DNA of 18,167 bases from Candidatus Thorarchaeota archaeon (GCA_046758445.1 JBHIAE010000056.1:1-18167); one strand, 5' to 3'. Shown: positions 1-6,774, counted from the first letter of the stretch. Numbers and translations: made by a program. Notes: a model not told the origin generated them from the letters alone.

Positions 1-159
1 CCCAAGAAGGTCACCAAAAAGAAGGTCGAAGAGAAGAAGCCTAAGAAGGTCACCAAGAAGAAAGCCGCTGAGAAAGCGAAGCCTAAGAAGACTACTAAGA
101 AAACGACAAAGAAGACAGCGGCCAAAGAAGAGAAGCCTAAGAAGACTACGAGGAAGAAG
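1..159 (+). repeat. Degenerate coding repeat (K)PKK(V/T)T(K/R)K(K), four copies
   Basis: AAGCCTAAGAAG occurs exactly at 37-48, 79-90 and 133-144, with a partial copy at the window start. The repeats are in frame with the tail. Confidence 0.7.
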
Positions 160-168
160 GCCGCCTAA
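1..168 (+). CDS. 3' end of a gene (5'-truncated) encoding a Lys/Thr/Ala/Pro-rich, histone-H1-like low-complexity C-terminal tail
   Basis: Frame 1 reads PKKVTKKKVEEKKPKKVTKKKAAEKAKPKKTTKKTTKKTAAKEEKPKKTTRKKAA-TAA (stop at 166-168). Not in the ORF track because the start is outside the window. The parent protein cannot be identified. Confidence 0.8.
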   Translation, partial: PKKVTKKKVEEKKPKKVTKKKAAEKAKPKKTTKKTTKKTAAKEEKPKKTTRKKAA

Positions 169-225
169 GGAGAGCTCACTCTAGTCCACGATTCAGTCTT
201 TCTATCTCTATCTCCTCTAGTAATT

Positions 226-288
226 GGAAAAGAAGCAACAGGCCGCCCGCAGTCCTAGGATTTGGCCTAACGGGGGCCTTGAGTGTTG
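226..288 (-). terminator. Possible terminator between convergent genes (GC-rich stem followed by a T-rich tract on the - strand)
   Basis: AGGCC(240-244)/GGCCT(275-279) and CCCG(246-249)/CGGG(271-274) can pair. On the - strand the stem is followed by CTTCTTTTCC. A pyrimidine tract at about 197-218 could serve the + strand gene. Confidence 0.3.
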
Positions 289-302
289 AAGTCATCAATG
301 GA

Positions 303-857
303 CTACTTTTGACTCGCTATTTGGCGATCAACCTCTTCAAGCTGTGAATCAAGCTCGGTTTCCTTCGCCTTGTAGTCGTCCTCGGGGATGTAACCCCTCA
401 TGTAGTCGAACCTCAAGTCAGTAAGCGAAGCCTTCAGTCTATCCTTCTGCTGAAGCAGGAAGTCTAGCTGGTCACTACCTTCTGCCGGTGCCTCTGCCAC
501 TGGCTCAGCTGCTGGTTCAGCAACAGGTTCAGGTGCAGGTTCGGCAGCAGGTTCAGCACTAGCCTCGGCTGTAGACTCAGCAGCAGCCTCTACAGCTGGA
601 GCTGGTTCTGGAGTCGGAGCCGGCGCAGCTGGCGGTGTCGTCTGTACACTCTCCATCTGTTCCATGTTCTTTCTGAGAGTATCAATCTGTGTGGCAATCT
701 CTGTGAAGCTGTCATTTATCGTCTTGTTGATTGCAGACTTCATATTGGCTAGATTAGCCGCCAAGTCGTCGGCAATCTTCTTAGTTTCTGACACCTTCTT
801 CGCGAAGGTTTCGATTTCCTTCAGCTTCTCAGTTAGTTCACCTATATCAAAGGCCAT
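303..857 (-). CDS. Hypothetical protein: N-terminal coiled coil, Pro/Ala/Glu-rich linker, C-terminal helical hairpin (ESCRT-I core/steadiness-box- or SHOCT-like)
   Basis: 184 aa. GGTGA Shine-Dalgarno (868-864) lies 6 nt before the ATG. Heptad-like residues 1-70, a linker with AEPA/AEPV repeats, and a C-terminus LTDLRFDYMRGYIPEDDYKAKETEL matching the L-x-x-x-Y/F-x-x-G-x-I-x-x-E/D-Y/F helix-turn-helix pattern. The gene is well supported; the family is tentative. Confidence 0.8.
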   Translation of the reverse strand: MAFDIGELTEKLKEIETFAKKVSETKKIADDLAANLANMKSAINKTINDSFTEIATQIDTLRKNMEQMESVQTTPPAAPAPTPEPAPAVEAAAESTAEASAEPAAEPAPEPVAEPAAEPVAEAPAEGSDQLDFLLQQKDRLKASLTDLRFDYMRGYIPEDDYKAKETELDSQLEEVDRQIASQK

Positions 858-906
858 GAAATGTCACCTAGGCATTGCCCTTTACATGGATAGAGCAGGC
901 AGTTGG

Positions 907-920
907 TTCTTAACCTTTGC
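907..920 (-). promoter_or_regulatory. Putative BRE/TATA-like promoter for the 303..857 gene
   Basis: The - strand reads GCAAAGGTTAAGAA, about 50 nt upstream of the ATG, within a 121-bp intergenic gap. Confidence 0.3.
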
Positions 921-978
921 CGTGGTGAATATTCTGCACGATGTGGTTATTCTCAGATTTCCCAAAACGAGGCGCTGA

Positions 979-1830
979 CTATGCCGCCTTGACTTCGGCC
1001 TTCCCTTCCAGAATGGCTTTCCTGATAATCTGAATGAGCCGATCCCTGTATGAGATATCGATGGCAACAAGCTCGTAAGTGGGAATGGCCAGTATCTGAC
1101 CAACTCTCTCTGGCGTGAGAGCCGTTGGAAGGTCCTGCTTGTTAGCGATACCAATCACCTTCGCCTCGGGGACCTCCTCCTTCACTAAGGAAACAAGCTT
1201 CTTGCTTCGCAAAACATTCTCGAGAGTGCTGTCTGTCACAATGACTACGACTTGAGCATTAGCAATCATCTTCGCCCAGAGAATCGAGAACCTCGACTGC
1301 CCCGCAAGGTCCCACAATACTATGTTAGCATTCTGCACTTCTTCTGGGAGACGTTTGATACTCACACCTATTGTGGGATCATGAACCAATGGGAGAGTTT
1401 CCCCTCTGAGTAGATGTAACGTGGTAGTCTTTCCAACTCCTGCGAAACCAAGGATGGCTACCTTGACCATGGTTACTGCAATCTCATCCACTTTTGAGTC
1501 AAACCCATCAAGGGGCTGTTTCGCTGTTGCCAGATTGGCGAATTCTCGCATGAAGGTTTCAACCAGTTGGGTCATCTTGTCCTCCATCTGCACTGTATCA
1601 TCAGCCTTGTCAGCAACGAAGACAAACGTGAAGAGATCTCTTTGAGCATAGAATATTCTAGAGATGGAAACGTTCATGAACTCGGTCTTTCCCTCTAGAT
1701 CCTGGCTCTTGAGGAACTGGGCCAGATTCACCAAGAACTCAACTAGATTGGACTTGGATTCGCTCTTGGCGTACTCTTTGGAGTAGACCACATCGTCCTC
1801 TTGACCCAGAATGTAGACGCTTCTGATCAA
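979..1830 (-). CDS. Small GTPase (Ras superfamily, Arf-like) with an N-terminal longin domain
   Basis: G1 GFAGVGKTT, G2 PTIG, G3 WDLAGQ, G4 NKQDLP (Arf-type), and a switch II ending ILW. The N-terminal ~120 aa (MIRSVYILGQEDDVVYSKEY...FTFVFVADKADD...LVETFMREF) follow the beta-beta-alpha-beta-beta-beta-alpha-alpha longin pattern. The TTG start is 1 nt after the upstream TAA. Confidence 0.92.
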   Translation of the reverse strand: MIRSVYILGQEDDVVYSKEYAKSESKSNLVEFLVNLAQFLKSQDLEGKTEFMNVSISRIFYAQRDLFTFVFVADKADDTVQMEDKMTQLVETFMREFANLATAKQPLDGFDSKVDEIAVTMVKVAILGFAGVGKTTTLHLLRGETLPLVHDPTIGVSIKRLPEEVQNANIVLWDLAGQSRFSILWAKMIANAQVVVIVTDSTLENVLRSKKLVSLVKEEVPEAKVIGIANKQDLPTALTPERVGQILAIPTYELVAIDISYRDRLIQIIRKAILEGKAEVKAA

Positions 1831-1831
1831 C

Positions 1832-2938
1832 TTACTCGCTCCAAGTCTGAATTAAAAGCTCCAAATATCTTCTTGCTGTATCAGGGTTTATCTTCTTCTC
1901 TTCAAGCTTTCTCGTGAGTATAGGCAGGATATACTCGGGAAAGAAGACGTCCATTCTAGGGTCAGTAATTAGAGCCCAGACATCCTCCTTCTCAAAGTGG
2001 GCCGCGATTCTCTCCGCCTCCATGGCCCACAGAGCATTCTGTACTACCGCTTCAGGAAATGACGTCATTTCAGAGATATCCTTGACACTCATCGGTTTCG
2101 TTCTCAAACTCTTGAGAACTTCATACTGTATTGTGTTTGACAAGATTCGGGAGATCTTCTCTCTGTCCTCTAAAATGGGAGAGTTCGGGTCATCAATGGG
2201 AAGTGTTGGATTGTATCCTCCTCCAGGGGGTTCTGGTGTGAAGAAGTTGGAAACATACTCCATGTATTCTTGGACGATTCCAGGAACTGTTTCTGAGGCC
2301 TTTGCGTAAGACTCCTGGGGTGGAGCCCTATGTGCAAACACGTCCTTTAGCAGGAATGCTGTTTCTAAGGTCTTCCCTACTAGCTCCACCTTCACTAGAC
2401 CGGAATCCATAAGCGGCGTAATTGCTTCAACCAGGTCAACAGAATCGGTCTGGACTTGGCTCTTTAGCCACAGAGAGAGCTTCGCTGTGCTCTCAACACC
2501 TTCTGTGTGTAGTCGTTCTAGCAGAAGTGCAGTTGATGGTGTCAGGTAGATCTGAGCACATCTCTGTTCGCTAGTTATTGTTGGCATTGAACTCCTGCTA
2601 CTCAGAATCTCTCCTAGGTCCACAGAATCAGGATCCTGACTCATGAGCTCAAGCATGAAACGGCCCATCCCTGAAATCTCGTCCCTGACTTCTTCAAGTA
2701 GCTCGTCAGGACTGAGTACGAATCCCACAGTCCAGCCTGGGTAAGCTCCCATTGTGAATGAGGCTATCCGCATTCCTTCAGCTTCTAGTTCCGTGATATC
2801 CTTCTTCTCCCCCTTCTGGTGCTCATAGAACACTAAGTTCAGAGCCTTCTCAGTTAGTGTTAGGGATGAAGGATGACGCTTCTTGACGATGAATCCCTGA
2901 TAGTCGTCCAAATGGACAATGAAGGCGGCTTCTGGCAT
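1832..2938 (-). CDS. Longin/uDENN-like N-terminal domain plus two predicted winged-helix domains (NPRL2/DENN-like architecture); putative GTPase regulator
   Basis: The N-terminus AFIVHLDDYQGFIVKKRHP resembles the hhhh-x-F/L-D-x-x-x-G-x-x-h-x-x-x-x-P opening of uDENN/NPRL longins, followed by RIASF and TVGFVL strands. wHTH-like segments are LLLERLHTEG...LMDSGLVKVE and YEVLKSLRTKPMSVKDISE...LWAMEAERI. ATG 2938 is preferred; the ORF extends to GTG 2971. Confidence 0.7.
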   Translation of the reverse strand: MPEAAFIVHLDDYQGFIVKKRHPSSLTLTEKALNLVFYEHQKGEKKDITELEAEGMRIASFTMGAYPGWTVGFVLSPDELLEEVRDEISGMGRFMLELMSQDPDSVDLGEILSSRSSMPTITSEQRCAQIYLTPSTALLLERLHTEGVESTAKLSLWLKSQVQTDSVDLVEAITPLMDSGLVKVELVGKTLETAFLLKDVFAHRAPPQESYAKASETVPGIVQEYMEYVSNFFTPEPPGGGYNPTLPIDDPNSPILEDREKISRILSNTIQYEVLKSLRTKPMSVKDISEMTSFPEAVVQNALWAMEAERIAAHFEKEDVWALITDPRMDVFFPEYILPILTRKLEEKKINPDTARRYLELLIQTWSE

Positions 2939-3222
2939 TTGACTTTCCCATCTCGGCAAGACAGTCTCCACATAAATGTGTGACCATTATGTATTCACCA
3001 TACGTCATTGACCCCTCGGGTCTGGCCTTCTTCTAAGTGATTTACGCACTTCTACCCTCTACTCCCCACAGTGGTCACAATATGGATCTAGGACTCTCCT
3101 ATTCCGTGTCATGGCTTACATTCCTAATGCTGAAACTGCCCCGATACCTGTAGAGAATACCGTGGCCATGCGTTAGAAAGGATGAAAAGGGTTTCCTCGG
3201 TTCTCGAATACGGTGGGCTCCG

Positions 3223-5529
3223 ATGGACCTTGAGAGCGAAGTCCTCATAGTTCCTGCGACTGCAACACGCAGTCTTCAGCTGGCAGGAGGCCCACCAATG
3301 GAACAGGCAGTCCCTGAGGACTATGCGCTCGCTGTCTTTGCACTAAGGGCCTTAGATGAGCGGAATGGGAATGAACTTGAGTTTCTCCTCAAAGCGTACT
3401 TCCCGGTGCTTGTAGTCGAATCTTCCGTTCCTAACCAGTACTTCCTGATTGAGCTTCTTGGAATCAGCTCTTCGAAGCTGACGCCCATCAGCAAGACTGA
3501 CACATCTGTGCTCGGGAACGTTATTGAATCCCTAAAGGCATCTGAAAGTATAATGACGTGCATTGAAGATGCTCGTCGAGCACTAGAGTCGATTAGAAGT
3601 GCCAAAGAGCTGACTATTCTGGGACTGGTGTCAGGCTCTCTCGCGGACGGAATTGGAAAGACCATGCACTGGCCTTCGCGGAGCTATGTTGAGCCTTATG
3701 CTGTCTTGCTCCCTGAGGTGATTTCGAAGAGCCAAGCAGGTGAACAGTCTGTCACTCTTCAGGAAACTTCTTGGGCTTCAGAACACGCTAAAGGTCTAGT
3801 ATCGGACTTGTGGAATACCGTTCACACAAGAACCACAGGAGAGATTGGCTCACGTGAAGCGGAGATTTCAGAAGCTTCATCGAGGCTTGAGCAGAGAATC
3901 GAGGTCCTTCGAAAGGAAGTAGATAACCTTCAATTCCGCATGGCACAGAAACGAGGTGGAGAAGCCGAGGAACTCAAGAGAACCAGAGATGCAAGGATGG
4001 CGGCCCTCAAAAGGGATGAGTCCCGGCTGAAGAGCCTTCGAGACCGTACGGATAATGCATCGAGAGAGCTGCTAGAACGCAAGGAGCAGCTCGGCAAGGA
4101 TATTGAGGATGTCAAGGTGGAATTGGTTCGTGTGCAAAGTGCTCTCAACGAGATACTCGTTCCGGGAGGTGGTATTGAGATTGAGAACACTACAGCCCTC
4201 CTTCTCATGCCTTTCATTGTTGCTGGGTTCTCAAAGAAGGGTAGACTGCGAGTTTCAGTGTACCCACCATCTAGGTTCATGGATGAACTTCAAAGAGTTG
4301 GACGTCGTCGTGAGTTCGTCGACGTCCTGGAACCTGCATCTCCCATAGCAAGCTACCTCGCTGGAGTTCTTGCAGAACGAGCCAATAGCGACGTCGGTCT
4401 TAGGAAGACGCTTCGTGATTCTTCACGTGACCGGAATCTTCTCGGATCAATGGGAGCTCGCAAGCTGATCCGGGAAGGAGTGCAATCATTGATTTCTGAC
4501 GGATTCGCAAAGAAATCCATTCAGGAAGATCTGGAAACACTTCTGGCTGGAATTCCTGAAACCAAACTGAAACCGGATCGCCGAGTAAGACCAAGAGTCG
4601 TGTCTGCCAAGGACGGAATGTGCGAGGTCAAGTTCCATGTTCATGATGACTCTGGTGCTTCAATCATTCGTGCAACTGTTGAGTTAGGTGTCTTCAAGGC
4701 TAAATCTGATTCCAAAGGGGTTGTGAGAGCTTCGTTGCCTAGAAGCAGCTATGAAGGTCATGTTTCAGCATTTGGCTTCAAAGATAGAACAATTGAGTTT
4801 ACTCTGCGTTCAGCGGATGATGTAGTGATACCTATCGTCCTAAGCCCCCTAACGAAAGAGGAAGTGCTTGACCAAGAGCTCGACCGACTGGTGGAAAGAG
4901 CACGGCGCATAGAACAGATACGCGAACGGCTTTGGGAAGCCTTCGAGAAACAAGGCTCAACGCTTCTCACGATTCCCGCGTACAGGAGTGCACTGGTGGA
5001 TCTACTCTCTGAGCTTGGATATGAACCGGAGGCCTGGATAGCTCAAGCCAAGAAGAGGCGAGGAATGGTCAAAGGTCTTCTAAAGCGCGATGACAGAACT
5101 GACAGGATTCGCAGAGACATACTTCGCCTGGCTGAGGACTCGAAGCAGGCAGGAGGAATAATGCTTCTATCCGAGCTTCTTGTGCGTCTTGATAGAATGG
5201 GTTGGGCCACTAGTCAGGATGAAACTGAAAAGATCCTTGATGACATGTCGAAAGAGGGCCTGGTTCAAGGCACAACGAAGCTTGAGAGCGGTGCTTTGCT
5301 TGTAAAGTTCGTTCCGGTTTCTCTCACTAGTGACCCCCAGCAGATTCTAAGTCTTGCATCGAGCAGAGATGGTAAGATTACCATTGAAGATGCCGTTGTA
5401 AACCTCGGGTGGAATGAAGAGCGAGTCAGAATTGCGTTGGACCTGCTTGTCGAAAATGGAGTAGCCAAGGTCCAGAAGAGTTACTCGAAGAGTACCCAGT
5501 ATTGGTTCCCTGGACTTCGAAAGAAATAA
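3223..5529 (+). CDS. Multidomain ESCRT-II Vps22/Vps36 (EAP30)-domain protein: N-terminal alpha/beta region with coiled coil, carboxypeptidase-regulatory-like beta-sandwich, C-terminal tandem winged helices
   Basis: aa ~547-768 carry Vps22/SNF8 hallmarks in the correct order: IPAYRSALVDLLSELGYEP, GGIMLLSELL, VKFVPVSLTSDPQQILSLA, LGWNEERVRIALDLLVENGVA and the terminal YWFPGL. aa ~467-541 (VKFHVHDDSGASIIRATVEL...SDSKG...YEGHVSAFGF) are a transthyretin-like sandwich. aa ~190-310 are coiled coil. No signal peptide or TM segment is visible. Confidence 0.88.
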   Translation: MDLESEVLIVPATATRSLQLAGGPPMEQAVPEDYALAVFALRALDERNGNELEFLLKAYFPVLVVESSVPNQYFLIELLGISSSKLTPISKTDTSVLGNVIESLKASESIMTCIEDARRALESIRSAKELTILGLVSGSLADGIGKTMHWPSRSYVEPYAVLLPEVISKSQAGEQSVTLQETSWASEHAKGLVSDLWNTVHTRTTGEIGSREAEISEASSRLEQRIEVLRKEVDNLQFRMAQKRGGEAEELKRTRDARMAALKRDESRLKSLRDRTDNASRELLERKEQLGKDIEDVKVELVRVQSALNEILVPGGGIEIENTTALLLMPFIVAGFSKKGRLRVSVYPPSRFMDELQRVGRRREFVDVLEPASPIASYLAGVLAERANSDVGLRKTLRDSSRDRNLLGSMGARKLIREGVQSLISDGFAKKSIQEDLETLLAGIPETKLKPDRRVRPRVVSAKDGMCEVKFHVHDDSGASIIRATVELGVFKAKSDSKGVVRASLPRSSYEGHVSAFGFKDRTIEFTLRSADDVVIPIVLSPLTKEEVLDQELDRLVERARRIEQIRERLWEAFEKQGSTLLTIPAYRSALVDLLSELGYEPEAWIAQAKKRRGMVKGLLKRDDRTDRIRRDILRLAEDSKQAGGIMLLSELLVRLDRMGWATSQDETEKILDDMSKEGLVQGTTKLESGALLVKFVPVSLTSDPQQILSLASSRDGKITIEDAVVNLGWNEERVRIALDLLVENGVAKVQKSYSKSTQYWFPGLRKK

Positions 5530-5575
5530 GACGCGCCTCACATGCCTTCTTCTTTACAAGAGAGGAGTCTTGTCC

Positions 5576-6361
5576 ATGAATCGACTATCGCATATGGTCT
5601 TCGCCTTCTCGCTGTTTGTAGCTCTCTATACTCTTGTCTATGCGTACAGCGTTTGGCTGGACTTCCCAGGGCAACTGTTTGATTTGTTGTTCTACTACGT
5701 GGCAGGTGGGATCATTCTAACACTTGTGGCCGTGCCAATACTCTATTGGAAGGCCCCACACAAGGAAAAGCCCGGGCGTACGATTGGCAACAAAGGTGCA
5801 GTGGGAGCCATGTCCTTTGTTACTTTCTGCGTGGGCTCTCTGGGTGGCGCTGTTGTATACCAGTATATCAGTGGGATCTTAATCATTGGTGACCTCAGCA
5901 TCTTCATCGGTTCGCTGATCATTGTAGCAGGCGCCCTTATGCCCGACTGGGACATCCCCTTCTTGGGCATCTCGAGACATCGGAACATCGTCTTTCATTC
6001 TGTCATTCTACCATTCCTAGCCGTGCTTTTGACGCTGATCAACGTTGCTCAGAGCATTGCGTCAACATACTCCTTAGCTATTGGCGCACACATCGAGTTC
6101 TACGTAACCGCGCTTTTCCTAATCGGCTATGCCTCTCATCTGTATCTTGACATCTTTCCCAGTGATGCCAATGCCCTCGAGCTAGTCTGGCGGACCGTTG
6201 ATGTCACTAGCGAGGCTCCGACTGGTCTGAAGCCACTTGGCCCCATCAAGATTTCAAAGAAGAATGCACGAATGTGGCTGGTTAGCAACGCAACGCTTCT
6301 TGTCTTGGTCGCTGCTGGACTAATGGGCCTTTACTTCTACAATCTGGCAATCTTGCCTTGA
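5576..6361 (+). CDS. Multi-pass membrane metal-dependent hydrolase (YdjM/DUF457-like)
   Basis: Family motifs: N-terminal His (NRLSH), GALMPDWD, RHRNIVFHS, GYASHLYLD; about seven hydrophobic segments. SD GAGGAG (5562-5567) is 8 nt before ATG 5576, which is preferred over TTG 5570. Confidence 0.85.
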   Translation: MNRLSHMVFAFSLFVALYTLVYAYSVWLDFPGQLFDLLFYYVAGGIILTLVAVPILYWKAPHKEKPGRTIGNKGAVGAMSFVTFCVGSLGGAVVYQYISGILIIGDLSIFIGSLIIVAGALMPDWDIPFLGISRHRNIVFHSVILPFLAVLLTLINVAQSIASTYSLAIGAHIEFYVTALFLIGYASHLYLDIFPSDANALELVWRTVDVTSEAPTGLKPLGPIKISKKNARMWLVSNATLLVLVAAGLMGLYFYNLAILP

Positions 6362-6415
6362 ACAAACGTAGATTCGCCCATCCGGCAGTACGAAACGAGA
6401 AGTCAAAGAGCGTGC

Positions 6416-6694
6416 CTAGTCCCACTCTTCGAAACTGTCGTCACTCTCAAGGGCATCTCTCTCAGGAGGCAAGTCGCTCTCATCGATGTCCTCTTCGTCA
6501 TCTTCGAACAGGAAGGTGTCTGAGTCATCCTCTACCTCCGTCCGTGCCCGACTCTTCTTTGCTTTCTTCTTGAGATGTCCGGCCATGCAGAGGTAGTCTA
6601 TTGAGTCAAAATGCTCACACTCAGGACAACACTCGCCCTTGTTGTTGCAGGTATAGAAGGCCCCGCAGATTTTGCAACACTTTAGCTCCGACAC
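6416..6694 (-). CDS. Small Cys-rich (putative Zn-binding) protein with a basic patch and an acidic C-terminal tail
   Basis: From GTG 6694, 92 aa: CCKIC-x5-C-x5-CCPEC-x9-C-x3-H, then KKKAKKSRAR, then a D/E-rich tail ending SDDSFEEWD. It fills the gap between two + strand genes and has a strongly non-random composition. The start is uncertain (the ORF extends to ATG 6757). Confidence 0.72.
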   Translation of the reverse strand: MSELKCCKICGAFYTCNNKGECCPECEHFDSIDYLCMAGHLKKKAKKSRARTEVEDDSDTFLFEDDEEDIDESDLPPERDALESDDSFEEWD

Positions 6695-6774
6695 ATTTGC
6701 GCACCAAGGGAGTTGGTAAATTGCGTATGCGGACGCACGGTTATGCCAAATAAGCATGTCTCTAGGGCCTAGGG

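Noticed and set aside
1-159. Short direct repeats as a CRISPR array
   Set aside because: The repeats are 12 nt, in frame, and explained by a Lys-rich coding tail. The spacers are not unique and there are no cas genes.
240-300. Possible SECIS element downstream of the 303..857 gene (- strand ATGA-N11-AA-N24-GA spacing)
   Set aside because: The 11 nt after ATGA do not pair with the bases before the GA, so the required helix is missing. No in-frame TGA is seen in the upstream genes.
480-640. GCAGGTTC/GCTGGTTC-type repeats as a non-coding repeat element
   Set aside because: They are the reverse complement of the AEPA/PEPA linker codons in the 303..857 protein.
1832-2938. Calling this protein an ArsR-type transcription factor because of its wHTH segment
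   Set aside because: The N-terminal longin-like domain and 1-nt coupling to a GTPase fit a trafficking regulator better, although DNA binding cannot be excluded.
2979-3079. tRNA-like cloverleaf (closing stem plus three hairpins, one with a 5-bp stem and 7-nt loop)
   Set aside because: There is no TTCRA T-loop or D-loop GG in position, and the arm order and spacing are wrong. Kept only as a low-interest structure.
3780-4160. Coiled coil of the 768-aa protein as an SMC/Rad50 ATPase or ESCRT-III subunit
   Set aside because: No Walker A/B or ABC signature motif is present, and the segment is embedded in a larger multidomain protein without a recognisable Snf7 pattern.
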